DNA of 64,000 nucleotides. It comes from Trueperaceae bacterium (GTDB taxonomy: Bacteria; Deinococcota; Deinococci; Deinococcales; Trueperaceae). Numbering within the stretch: position 1 is the stretch's first letter; the number at the start of each line of letters is the position of its first letter. The position numbers and the translations under genes are program-made. The notes beneath the pieces were generated by a model. That model saw only the letters and a list, made by a program, of their open reading frames with translations. It ran no database searches and was not told where the DNA came from. The DNA is taken from NCBI GenBank assembly GCA_965213925.1, contig CBDCAM010000001.1:32001-96000 (forward strand), given 5' to 3'. Shown piece by piece: positions 51,506-60,994 of this stretch.

Positions 51506-52116
51506 GTGCGCGACCTTGCTGACGCCGAGATCGTCGAGCGCTGCCACCCCAGGGTCAGCCAACTCGCCTGGCGCTACGTCGCCTACCGGTACCTCTTCCA
51601 GCCGGAGCCGGAGGCGAAAAGGCCGCTGTCGGTGCTGGGCAGCTTAAGAGGCGGCGGGCGTTACAACATCGGCCTCAACCTGCCGGGGCTCGACCCTTCA
51701 GGGCGATCTACACCAGCCTCGAGGCGACGACGGCCGCCCAGGAAATGCGTTTCCCGACGGCCCCGGAAACACCCTACCTGCTCTTTCCCGTCCGGGCTAC
51801 CCTGGCACGCGTCCTAGACCTGCGCGACGAGGAAGTTGTCCGGGCGCTCGAGCTCGACGAGGCCAGACTTTACGGCCCCTGGCGTGAAACGAGCAAGGTG
51901 CTGGGCCGGGCGGCGTATCCGCAACTTGTCGGGCGGAGGCTCTTTAGCGCCGGTGTCGAGGCGCTACTCACCCACAGTGTGGTTGACAAAGGCGGCACCA
52001 ACCTCACGATCTACCCCGCCAACTTAACGGGCGACAGTCGCGTGAGCGTCAGCGCGGACGTGGATGACCCGAAGGTGGTCGATGTGCTGCTGCCCGAAGG
52101 TAGCTCGGGAACGTAA
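51506..52116 (+). pseudogene. RES-domain (NAD+ phosphorylase/ART-like) toxin with a 1-nt frameshift
   Basis: WR, GGRYN, then frameshift at CCC 51694-51696 into AIYTS....A.QE, VLDL, Q..G, THS, NL.IYP.N (R-E-S triad). Confidence 0.8.
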
Positions 52117-52437
52117 GGAGACCCTCAAATAACGCCAGCTAACATGTTTCGGCTCTTAAACTGTACCCATCTAAACTGGGTGTATTAAAAAAAGGGTAAT
52201 ACCCCCCAACATCTTACCCAAACTCCCCAAACGGTAAACCCGATAGGTCCACCGCAAGGCCCGCGCCGTCATGACGGCGAGGCTGCACTGGGCTCGAGCC
52301 CTCTTTATTCCTACTTCGTTTTGGAGCAAAGATGGGTAGACCCCATTGCTTCATCGTGAAGTACAAAAGGGATAGAAAGTACGTGCAGGAGCGAGAAAAC
52401 CCTTGTTTGCTAGGGGTGAAACTGCTATACTCGAGCC

Positions 52438-52815
52438 ATGAATCAAGGTCCCAAACTCTCGCTCGACGCGCTGCGGGTGTTGAGCCTATTTCACGCCTCG
52501 CCCGAGCGGGCGTTTTATGGGCGCGAGCTCTCGAGACGCGCCGACGTCTCCTCGGCCACGGTGGTGCGGCTGTTGCTTAAGCTCGAGGACGACGGCTGGT
52601 TATGGAGCGAGTTTCAGCGGGGGCCAAGGCAGACGCACCGGCCCGAGCGGTATTACACCCTGACGCCTAGAGGTTATGAACTTTCTCGACGTGCTCTGAA
52701 GCGGGTGGCGCACCTCGACACGGTGAAAGAGAAGGAGCCGAGGTTACTCGAGGCCCCGGAGGTCGAGCGGCCGCGGCGGGCAGGCAGGGTGAACGAGCAG
52801 CCGTCGCTTTTTTAA
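52438..52815 (+). CDS. Winged-helix (PadR/MarR-like) DNA-binding protein, probably leaderless
   Basis: YG.ELSR...VS..TV...L..LE..GWL, RYY.LT..G; TATACT-6 nt-ATG. Confidence 0.75.
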   Translation: MNQGPKLSLDALRVLSLFHASPERAFYGRELSRRADVSSATVVRLLLKLEDDGWLWSEFQRGPRQTHRPERYYTLTPRGYELSRRALKRVAHLDTVKEKEPRLLEAPEVERPRRAGRVNEQPSLF

Positions 52816-52880
52816 GGATGAGGGCTGCTTTGAGCTCTTTTGCAGGGCGGCACGAGCCGACGCTTCGTAAATGTTCTGGC

Positions 52881-54509
52881 TCAGCCCTTCTCTTTTAACT
52901 GCATCCTGAGCTTTCCCGCCTTGGTCACTTCCACGCTGAAGCTGTCTACCCCGCCCAGCAGGTGCTGGACGTCTACATCGTTAGGGAACTCGAGCACTAA
53001 CTTCTGCCCTTCTAGGCTGGCCGTGGCCGAGGTGTTGAAGCGCACGAGCTTCGTTCTCCTCTTGTCGCCGCTCGCTGGTTCGGCCTCCCGCTTCTGCTCG
53101 AGCTTTTCATAATGCGTGGGCGCGCTCAGGTCGAGCTCCTCGCCGTTGGGCGGCCAGTCTACGTGTGCGCTCTTCTTTAAGAGGCTGCCAAGCGCGTGCC
53201 TCGAGCCCCCGTCCCCGTGCACCAAGATGACGCGCTTAGGGCTGTAGCGCTTGATTAAGGACACCAGCCCGCCCGCGTCGGCGTGGCCGCTGAAGGAGAA
53301 GGCACCGAGGCGGCAGTGAACCGGCACGGCCTCGAAGCTCCCGCCGGGGCCGGTGGGTAAGCTCACCTCTCCCCCGCTCTCGGTGAGTTCCAAGAAGCGT
53401 TTGCCTGGCGCACCCTCGTCCTGGTAGCCCACAAAGGCCAGGAGGTTCTTCTCACTCTGGACGAGGGGCTTGGCGTACATAGGCGACACCCCGGCGGTCA
53501 ACATACCTGAGGAGGCGATGACGACCATCGGCTCCTCGCTGTGGATGAGCCCTTGCCGTTCGCGGTTGGTCTTGACCGACAGGAGTGTGTCCGGGTAGAG
53601 CGGGTTGTTGCCGCTGTTCTTAGCACGGTTCTGTAAGGCACTGGGTAAGACCCCGAACAGCTCGGTCGCCAGCGCCTCGTGGACCTTTCGCACGAGGCCG
53701 TCCAAGACGATGGGCACTTTGGGAATGAGGCCACCCTGCATGTGGTCGGCCAGCGTGAGGGCCACTTCGGTACTCCTGCCCAACGCGAAGGCGGGTACGA
53801 GTACCCGGCCTCCTCCTTCAAGCGTCTTCCCTACCGTCTCGGCGAAGCGGCGCACCTCGCTCTTGCGGCTCGTGTGCGACACAGTGTCGCCGTAGGTGCT
53901 CTCGCATACCACCACGTCGTAGGTCGCGGGGGGGTCGGGCACATAAGCTGCCTCGGTGGTGTAGCCAGAAACGTTGCTCACGTCGCCCGTATGGAACACG
54001 CGGCCTTCTTTGGCCTCGAGCCCGTACGAGACCGCGCCGACCAAGTGGCCCGCTGGGTAGGGAGTGACCACCACCTCACCAACAACGAGGGTCTCGCCGG
54101 GAGTAACCGTACGGACACGCGACAAGGCAAAGGTCACGTCCTCTAGCTCATAAAGCGACGCACCCTGACTTTTTTGCACCTTGACCGCGTCCTTGAGCAT
54201 CTCGAGCGCGATGCGGGCGGTGGCGGGGGTGGCATAGACGGGGGCGTGGGGAAAGCGCCTTACAACCAGTGGCAGCGCGCCGATGTGGTCGCTGTGGGCG
54301 TGGGTCAGCAGGACGGCGGCGGGCGGATGAGCAAGTAGCCCCAGCTCGGGCAGCGAGGCCTCGCCCAAGGCGTTGGGTCTAACCCCCGCGTCGACGAGCA
54401 GGCGCGTCTTGCCAAAGGTGTAGAGGTAGCACGAGGCACCGACGAGGTAGCACGAGGCACCGACTTCGCTGGTGCCGCCCAGGCCTAAGAAGGTGAACTC
54501 AGGTGCCAG
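52881..54509 (-). CDS. Metallo-beta-lactamase beta-CASP nuclease (CPSF/Int11-like RNA-processing type); CTG or ATA start
   Basis: LGG..EVGASCY, LLVDAG, THAHSDHIG, AGH..G, HTGD, ESTYG, PAFALGR, SSGM..G, GYQ, FSGHAD, LVHGD. Confidence 0.85.
   Translation of the reverse strand: MAPEFTFLGLGGTSEVGASCYLVGASCYLYTFGKTRLLVDAGVRPNALGEASLPELGLLAHPPAAVLLTHAHSDHIGALPLVVRRFPHAPVYATPATARIALEMLKDAVKVQKSQGASLYELEDVTFALSRVRTVTPGETLVVGEVVVTPYPAGHLVGAVSYGLEAKEGRVFHTGDVSNVSGYTTEAAYVPDPPATYDVVVCESTYGDTVSHTSRKSEVRRFAETVGKTLEGGGRVLVPAFALGRSTEVALTLADHMQGGLIPKVPIVLDGLVRKVHEALATELFGVLPSALQNRAKNSGNNPLYPDTLLSVKTNRERQGLIHSEEPMVVIASSGMLTAGVSPMYAKPLVQSEKNLLAFVGYQDEGAPGKRFLELTESGGEVSLPTGPGGSFEAVPVHCRLGAFSFSGHADAGGLVSLIKRYSPKRVILVHGDGGSRHALGSLLKKSAHVDWPPNGEELDLSAPTHYEKLEQKREAEPASGDKRRTKLVRFNTSATASLEGQKLVLEFPNDVDVQHLLGGVDSFSVEVTKAGKLRMQLKEKG
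54423..54464. repeat. Perfect 21-bp tandem duplication (VGASCYL x2) in the nuclease gene
   Basis: GAGGTAGCACGAGGCACCGAC repeated twice. Confidence 0.95.
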
Positions 54510-54645
54510 ATTTATCCCTTCTCTTCCTTATTTTCTCAGACTTCTTCTAAGTCCTAAATTGCTCAAGTGAAATCTTACTGGTCGCTGTTAGAAAACAGTT
54601 TTTATCGTCTCAAGCTCCTATGGTGGCAGGGCTACGGTACCTTAG

Positions 54646-55581
54646 CTAGACCGGCTCCTCACTAAAGAGCACCTCGAGCTCCGAAAGGAGTTTCTCCGCC
54701 CGCTTTTTGGACTTACCCTCTAGCCGCTCGAGCTTCCTTGGTGTGAGACTTCGCCTTAGCCGCGCTAGCCTCTCCGTCATCGGGTTGGCCGTCACCGCCC
54801 CATGTACCTTCACCTCCTGCTTCAGCTCAGCGAGACTCAGGTTTTCGGATAGCGCTCGCGCCAACAGGGCATTCCGCGCCTCATCGTCCCTCACCTTGGC
54901 GAGTTCGCGCGCCTTGGTGTGGTGGAGCCGTCCCAAGCGGACCGCCTCGAGCACATCCCCCGGCAGTTTCAGAAGAGGCAGGCGGTGGGTGTAAAAAGAG
55001 CCCGGAGTGAGGCGTCCCAGGAGCGCGAAAAGTACCTCAACCTCCTCCCGCTCCTCCCTGGAAACAGCGCTGTTTCCAGCGTCGTCGAGGGTGCCGCTCC
55101 TCCCTCGCCCCTCGTCGTAGAGCTGGCGAATGATGGTAATCACATCCTCAGTGGGCTTCCCCAGCCGCGCGCCGAGGAGGCGCAACACCGCGTCAGTCTC
55201 CTCTACCGGGTTCAGGTCCTCGCGCTGGAGGTTTTCTAGCAAGGCGAGTTCGAGCGCCTCCTCACCAGTCAACTCGCGGACCACAGCGGGCACCTCCTCG
55301 AGCCCTGCTAAGGTTGCCGCGCGGTAGCGCCGCTCCCCGGCCACGAGTTCGAAGGTTCCGCCAGGCAGCGGGCGCACGAGCAGAGGCTGCAGCACTCCGC
55401 GCTCCCTTATGGAGGCGGCGAGACTCTGGAGCTCCGTCTCGCCGAAGTAGCTGCGGGGCTGGTCCGGATTGGCCCGTATCTGCGAAAGCGGCACCATTTC
55501 CCCTGCGGCAGCTGGGGCCTCACCGAAGAGGGTGTCGAGCGCCTTGAGCTGACCGCCGTAAGGCTTCTCCCCTTTTTTCAT
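54646..55581 (-). CDS. parB: ParB/Spo0J partition protein
   Basis: NPDQPR..F, SI.E.GVLQP, AGERRYRA, ENLQREDLNPVEE; overlaps the parA stop. Confidence 0.95.
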   Translation of the reverse strand: MKKGEKPYGGQLKALDTLFGEAPAAAGEMVPLSQIRANPDQPRSYFGETELQSLAASIRERGVLQPLLVRPLPGGTFELVAGERRYRAATLAGLEEVPAVVRELTGEEALELALLENLQREDLNPVEETDAVLRLLGARLGKPTEDVITIIRQLYDEGRGRSGTLDDAGNSAVSREEREEVEVLFALLGRLTPGSFYTHRLPLLKLPGDVLEAVRLGRLHHTKARELAKVRDDEARNALLARALSENLSLAELKQEVKVHGAVTANPMTERLARLRRSLTPRKLERLEGKSKKRAEKLLSELEVLFSEEPV

Positions 55582-56339
55582 ATGGGAACGCCTACAAGCC
55601 CCCCCGCGATACGGTCGAGAACTCCAACCGCCGGGTGTCTGGGATCGTAAATAGCCAGCGGTAGCCGCGCCTCGGCTGCGTCGGCGAGCGCGGTAGACCG
55701 CGGGATCGGAGGGAACACGGTGGCGACGGAAGAAAGTTGTTCTGTGATGGCGGTGAGGGTGCGCTCGTCTTGTGAGTTACGCCCGTCGAACATTGTCGGT
55801 ACGAAGCCCGCAACAGCGAGCGTGCGGTTAGGCCGTGCCCGCACTCGTGAGACGGTTCGCAGGAGCAGATCAGTTCCCTGGAATGCCTTGAACTGTGTCT
55901 GGATGGGGACAAGCACCGCCTGGGCAGCGACGAGTGAGATGTAGGTGAGAATGCCTAAACTCGGCGGGCAATCCACCAGCACCACGTCGAAATCCGCCGT
56001 AAGGGGCGCGAGCGCGTCCTTAAGGCGGAGGTCACGCATGTCAGCCACAACCAGCTCGAGCTCAGCGGCGCTCAGGTTGATGTTCGAGGGCGCGAGTGAC
56101 AGGCCGTGCAGGTCGTGCTGGAGCGGTAAGGGCGAGCCGTCCACCACCGCGTCATAAACTGTACGCTCCAGCTCGACAGGGTCGAGTCCCATGAAGAGCG
56201 TGAGCGAGGCCTGCGGGTCCATGTCGACGAGGAGCACCCGCAGGCCTCGCTCGGCCAAGGCGTGGCCTAAGTTCATCACCAGCGTGGTCTTACCTACACC
56301 GCCCGCCTGATTGAACACCGTCACCACACGGGCGCCCAC
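55578..56339 (-). CDS. parA: ParA/Soj partition ATPase
   Basis: NQAGGVGKTT deviant Walker A, DMDPQASLT, DCPPSLG. Confidence 0.95.
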   Translation of the reverse strand: MGARVVTVFNQAGGVGKTTLVMNLGHALAERGLRVLLVDMDPQASLTLFMGLDPVELERTVYDAVVDGSPLPLQHDLHGLSLAPSNINLSAAELELVVADMRDLRLKDALAPLTADFDVVLVDCPPSLGILTYISLVAAQAVLVPIQTQFKAFQGTDLLLRTVSRVRARPNRTLAVAGFVPTMFDGRNSQDERTLTAITEQLSSVATVFPPIPRSTALADAAEARLPLAIYDPRHPAVGVLDRIAGGLVGVPI

Positions 56340-56485
56340 TACCGCACCGCCGCTTCGATACCTGAGTTAAGGGCAGAGATCCAACTGAAGGGCTTGAGGC
56401 GCGTCGAAAAACTCGCAAAAGTTTCCTGGTATGCGGCAGACACGCGCCCTAAACCATAGAGCGCCGCTGAGGTAGTGTGTTGCAT
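56339..56485 (-). CDS. Possible 48-aa leaderless upstream ORF coupled to parA
   Basis: TACACT-5 nt-ATG; its TAG overlaps the parA GTG (TAGTG). Confidence 0.35.
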   Translation of the reverse strand: MQHTTSAALYGLGRVSAAYQETFASFSTRLKPFSWISALNSGIEAAVR

Positions 56486-56599
56486 GAGCTAGTGTAGCAT
56501 TTAGCGGCAAAGACGTAGGGGAGAGTTGATGAAGTTTTTGCACCTGGATCTCAAATTCTCTCCCACATCGAAAAATCCTTCCGGTCGCTTACATCCTTT

Positions 56600-57240
56600 A
56601 TGAGCAGGGGAGATATGTCGGTCTGACACCTCGTAAAGTTAAAAGGGGAGAAATGTCGGTCTTCCTAATTGTGACTTAAGGATTTTTTATGGAGATGAAA
56701 AAACGCGTGAGGCACGCTCTGTATCCTTTGGCAACTGAGCTACAGCGGCAACAGCCCTAAATGAAAAGGGGGTAAAACCCGGTCAACGGCGGCATCATTT
56801 TTATTTTGTGCGTCGGTTCATGGGGTCTCCGGAACGCGATTAACACCTAAGGCCGGGAATTCTCCCTTTTTCAAGGTGGCTCTGCGTGTTCACTACCTCC
56901 TTGATATGTAACGACCTAATTGCAGGTGTTGAAGGAATCTTAAAAATCCAGCACCATAGAAGAGTCTTTGATGATGTTTTACATACTTTAAATCTTTGTT
57001 CTTTTCTCGATGTCAGAAGGATCGTCCCACACGCATTTCCCACGCACTACTAAGGGAGAAAACCCGGTGACTACAGGGAGGCTTCCCGGCCTTGATGGGG
57101 AGCAATCTCGGCTTTGCCGGAGGAAAATGACGGGTTCGAGCGCGTAAGATTCCGGTCTAAAAGGGGGTAAATGTCGGTCTGCTTAGCAACCGAAGTGGGG
57201 ATATGGCGAGTTTGAGTCCTTAATTACAAACGGTGAAGAG
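56600..57240. other. Plasmid replication origin: iterons plus AT-rich region
   Basis: Consensus close to AAGGGGAGAAATGTCGGTCT; CGG cores at 57065, 57087, 57109, 57131, 57153, 57175 (22-bp period); extra copies near 56605, 56641, 56765 and an inverted copy near 56852; AT-rich 56930-57010; lies between parA and rep. Confidence 0.8.
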
Positions 57241-57301
57241 GAAAATGCTTGAACCGACTCCCGCTTTAGGTTAAACTTTGTTTACCGTCGGAGGAAAAGC
57301 C

Positions 57302-58693
57302 GTGGCTAGTTCCCAGGTTGGTACTAAACTCGAGCGAATCACACAGAGTAATGACCTCGCGCGCGCCGCCCAGGATCTTGACTTAAATGAAAAACGCCTG
57401 ATTTTATATACCATCGCCCAGATTAAGCGGGGTGATAAAGAGCTGTTGCGTCACCGCTTCTATCTCAGCGACCTCGCGCGTATCTACGGCACCAACCGCC
57501 ATGACATCTATAAGCTCGCCAACGACATCACAACCAGCCTTTTAAGACGCGTCATCTACATCGAAACCGGTCAAGGCTGGAAAAAGTTTCAGTGGACCAC
57601 CCTTGCAGAGTATGTAGACGGTGCTAGCAGCAAAAATGGTGCTTACGTCGACGTCAGGCTCAACCAGGAACTCGAGCCCTACCTCATCGAGCTCAGCGAG
57701 CGATTTAACAGCATTCCGCTTGACGAAGCCCTCGACATACCCAGCTTCAATAGCTTGAGGCTTTTTGAACTCTTGTGGCACGACTCGCACGCGGGCCACA
57801 ATACGGTGGTCGAGTACCTACTCGACGACCTTAAGGTCCGCCTCGGTTTGAGAGAGATCCGCGGCAAATGGGAAAAATACAAGTCTTTCAAAGATTTCCG
57901 CACTGTGCTGGATAAAGCTCGAGAAGACATGGCCGAGTTCACCTCCCTCCGCATGTCTTATAAACCCGTTCGGAGCGGTCGCAAGTACACCCGCCTGCGC
58001 TTCATCATCGAACGCTCCGCCCCCGCCACCAGCAAGCCAAAAAGCCCCCCCACCTTAGAGCCTACGCAGCTCGCCGAGCACCAGCTCCTCGCCCGAGAGC
58101 TCGAGGCAGCGGGCTTCACCCAAAACCCCTTCGATACCATCGAGCGCTACGGCCCGGACGTGGTGGCGCGAGTGCTCAAGAAAGCCAGAGCGGCCGAACG
58201 CCGCGCGAACTTCACCAAAAGCCCCATCCAAAACCTCGGCGGGCTGATCACCTGGATGCTGCGGAGCGGGGTAGGGGAGGGCGCGGACGAGGAGGCCGAA
58301 GCGAAAGTTGGCGACGGCACGCTTAGTGAGAGCGACGTCAACACCTACGCCGAAACCCTGCGCGACGCCTACGCCGCGGCTCGCGCCGAGCACCTCGAGG
58401 CGTACTGGCAAGCTCTAAACGATGAAGAGCAGACCGAGCTGCATGACATCATGAAGGTCGTGCTCGACCGCCACACGCTGTCGCTTCTTGGCAAAGCCGA
58501 CTGGCGCGGTCTTGTCTACGAAACCGCGCGTAACCGGGCGCTCATCATCCAGGGCCTTGTCGAACTACCGGAGGACCTTAACTCTATCGCGGGCTACCTC
58601 GAGAAGCACTTTACTTTCGACGTGAGCGAGCGCGAGCGTGAGCGCATCATTAGCGCCACTATCGCACTCGAGGGTGGGGAAAGCACTTACTGA
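57302..58693 (+). CDS. Rep_3 family plasmid replication initiator with C-terminal extension
   Basis: QSN.L..A...L.LNEKRL, L.PYL.EL..RF, S..S.RLFELL, L..L...LG, Y..F.DF..VL.KA, K..R.GRK...L.F; GGAGG RBS before GTG 57302. Confidence 0.9.
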   Translation: MASSQVGTKLERITQSNDLARAAQDLDLNEKRLILYTIAQIKRGDKELLRHRFYLSDLARIYGTNRHDIYKLANDITTSLLRRVIYIETGQGWKKFQWTTLAEYVDGASSKNGAYVDVRLNQELEPYLIELSERFNSIPLDEALDIPSFNSLRLFELLWHDSHAGHNTVVEYLLDDLKVRLGLREIRGKWEKYKSFKDFRTVLDKAREDMAEFTSLRMSYKPVRSGRKYTRLRFIIERSAPATSKPKSPPTLEPTQLAEHQLLARELEAAGFTQNPFDTIERYGPDVVARVLKKARAAERRANFTKSPIQNLGGLITWMLRSGVGEGADEEAEAKVGDGTLSESDVNTYAETLRDAYAAARAEHLEAYWQALNDEEQTELHDIMKVVLDRHTLSLLGKADWRGLVYETARNRALIIQGLVELPEDLNSIAGYLEKHFTFDVSERERERIISATIALEGGESTY

Positions 58694-59777
58694 CGCTCAT
58701 TCCCTATTTCCCTGCTACATACTCCACCTACTAAAACAGGAATCCTTAACCCCCCTCCTACAAAACAATTAGCTTCAGAGCTCCCACCCTTTTCCCCTCA
58801 CTCCTCTGGTTTAACCTTTTGGCTTACCAAACAGACAATCAGAGACCCCTCGAGCTTGCACACAAAAAGTGGACGACCTGGTGAAGCTCGAGCTCCTCGC
58901 AATGCTCGGGAACTTTGGAATTTTCGTCAAAAAACTATAGCGGGTGGCAAGAAGCGGTGATCATCTTTGTTTCAGGACTCGAGCTTCCACTTCCAAGCTC
59001 CAACCCTCGAGCCTCCCTCCTCAAAGGCCAACCTCATGGTTTAACCTTTAGGAAACCGTAGGGTTAGGGGAGAATGGGGCTGTACAGGAACTTTTCTGAG
59101 AAGTAAGGGTTAAGGGAGCTTTAGAAGTGTACTTGAATAAGGCTCGAGCCCTTAATGAGTAGGGGAGAGGGCTCGAGCCCCTGGAGGAGCGGGCAAAGGC
59201 TGTGTTCGCCTGTCAATGCCGCACCAGCAGCCGTGCCTGCCCGTTGAACTCAAGCCTTAGCACTTCGGCCAGACATTTGAGGTGGCTTAAGCTCGCCGTC
59301 TCGTAGCGGCTCGCCTCTTACCGCTTCTACTGTTGGCGCACTGTTCGTGATACGGGTGGAGGACGCGGGGAGGATTGGAGCTAAGCGTTGAGTGAAGGGT
59401 ACTCGAAGGGGCGGAACCCGAGTCGTCCGGGCTTCGTGAATCGGGGGCGGGATAGGGGGGAGGTAACTCTGGTTTCAGGTCCTCGAGCCCGAGCGATCAG
59501 CGGATGCTCAATTATCGAGCGAAACGCCGCTAAGTCCGGAACGCGTTCCAGTTGTTGCTGCGTTGATCTTCTAATGGACTCGAGCCCTAGTCCCTCCCCT
59601 TGGTAGGTTCACCTTTTGGTTTTCCGGTTGGAGAAACCTATGGGAGAGGCTAAGGTCTTCAGGCTGGTGTCTCTAGGGGGCTCGAGGGGGTGCTGGGGAG
59701 TGTTGAAGGTTTCCTATTTTTATATACGGGTATTATCTAGGGTAATGATATGCTCGAGCCTTTGGAAACATAAGGGG

Positions 59778-60026
59778 TTACGGCGGCGTTACCTCCCATA
59801 CCGCCTGTAGCGCTGTGAGTAGGGCCTGCGCGAGGTCGTGACGTTCTCGCCACAGGCCGCTGGGCACGAGGATGTGGATGAGGTCTTGCGTGGCGGTGGA
59901 GAGGGTGCTGTGTTCCTCGAGAATGGTGGCGACGTAGGAGAGGTTCGTCTGGTTGTCGCGCTTGGGGTCGGGGTCGCCTATCCAGAGGAGCCTCTCTAAA
60001 GCGTCGGCGAGTTCAGTGTCACTCAT
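59778..60026 (-). CDS. Small hypothetical protein
   Basis: 82-aa ORF in a short co-directional operon. Confidence 0.45.
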   Translation of the reverse strand: MSDTELADALERLLWIGDPDPKRDNQTNLSYVATILEEHSTLSTATQDLIHILVPSGLWRERHDLAQALLTALQAVWEVTPP

Positions 60027-60077
60027 GGTGTGTTGTGAGAAGGGCTCGAGGGTGCGGTGTCCGCGGAGAGAGGCGTT

Positions 60078-60383
60078 TCATGGTTTGTCTGCGGTCGCAC
60101 TCGGAGACTCGGGCAAAGGTGTCGGCCGCTTGAAGGTGAGTTCCTGCTGGTCTTGCAGCGTGTGGAGGCCCCACAGGAGCGCCTTGTTGAGCCAGAGCTC
60201 TTGTTCGGTCCAGCAGGTGCTGGTGAGCAGCGCCTCGCTGAGGTCTTTGAGCGCCCGCAGGTACAGGTCGCGTTCTTCGAGCAAGCTTTTGAGCCTTTTG
60301 ACAGTTTCCTGGGGAGTGGGGTCTGTTTCCACTTCGCCCCAGATGAGGCGGGTGGTGATGACGGTGAACTCGAGGTCGTTCAT
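60078..60383 (-). CDS. Small hypothetical protein
   Basis: 101-aa ORF with GAGG RBS and ATGA overlap with the upstream peptide. Confidence 0.5.
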   Translation of the reverse strand: MNDLEFTVITTRLIWGEVETDPTPQETVKRLKSLLEERDLYLRALKDLSEALLTSTCWTEQELWLNKALLWGLHTLQDQQELTFKRPTPLPESPSATADKP

Positions 60384-60457
60384 TGAGCCGCCTCGACGAT
60401 GTACTTTACATCTTTAGCCTTCGTAGCCGCGGTGCAAAAGACGGCTTCTGGTAACAT
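60380..60457 (-). CDS. Possible 25-aa leader peptide MLPEAVFCTAATKAKDVKYIVEAAQ
   Basis: AAGGAG RBS; ATGA coupling to the next gene. Confidence 0.4.
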   Translation of the reverse strand: MLPEAVFCTAATKAKDVKYIVEAAQ

Positions 60458-60535
60458 AGAGTGCTCCTTGCGAGGAGTGAATTTCAGCGTGGGTGGTCGA
60501 TCTGCCACGATTCAGCCCATCCACGCTGATACACC

Positions 60536-60575
60536 ACTATAAGCTACCTTTGACATGTATGTAAATGACATACAT
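60536..60575 (-). promoter_or_regulatory. Leftward promoter with an overlapping operator palindrome
   Basis: Minus strand TTTACA...TATAGT; ATGTATGT-N5-ACATACAT (60555-60575) covers the -35. Confidence 0.55.
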
Positions 60576-60638
60576 TGACGTGACACGTTCAAAGCTGACT
60601 TCTACCAGTGTGGCAGGTTATGTTGATAGGTTAGAGCC

Positions 60639-60893
60639 ATGTCTCACCCCGAGGTCGACTGGAAATTCAAAGCGTTGCTTGACCGCGAAGGTGTCACAGT
60701 TTACGCCTTGGCTAAAAAGTTAGCAGCAACTATGGACGAGCCGCTGAGTATCCGAACGCTTTACCGTTGGGCTAACACAGTACCGAACAATCCGAGTCTA
60801 GAAGGGATCGTTTGGGTTCTCTGGGGGCTAGAGGAGCTTACTGGCAAAAGCTATGACATTGGCGATGTGCTCGAGTACCACAGGAAAGAGTAA
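60639..60893 (+). CDS. XRE/Cro-like HTH regulator, probably leaderless
   Basis: W..K.LL...G.T.Y.LA.......S..TLYRW, L..LTG....IGD.LEY; TAGGTT-6 nt-ATG. Confidence 0.8.
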   Translation: MSHPEVDWKFKALLDREGVTVYALAKKLAATMDEPLSIRTLYRWANTVPNNPSLEGIVWVLWGLEELTGKSYDIGDVLEYHRKE

Positions 60894-60994
60894 CAGAGGC
60901 TCTAGCCATGTGGAGCTGTAAGGCAAGCCGGTTCTGTAGCGCGTTTTGCCTTACAAAGGGGCAAAAGCGCCCGTTCCTACTGTCTTCGTTCCAC

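Noticed and set aside
58802..59052. Two TGGTTTAACCTTT copies as parS
   Set aside because: Only two imperfect copies with weak symmetry; not enough to assign
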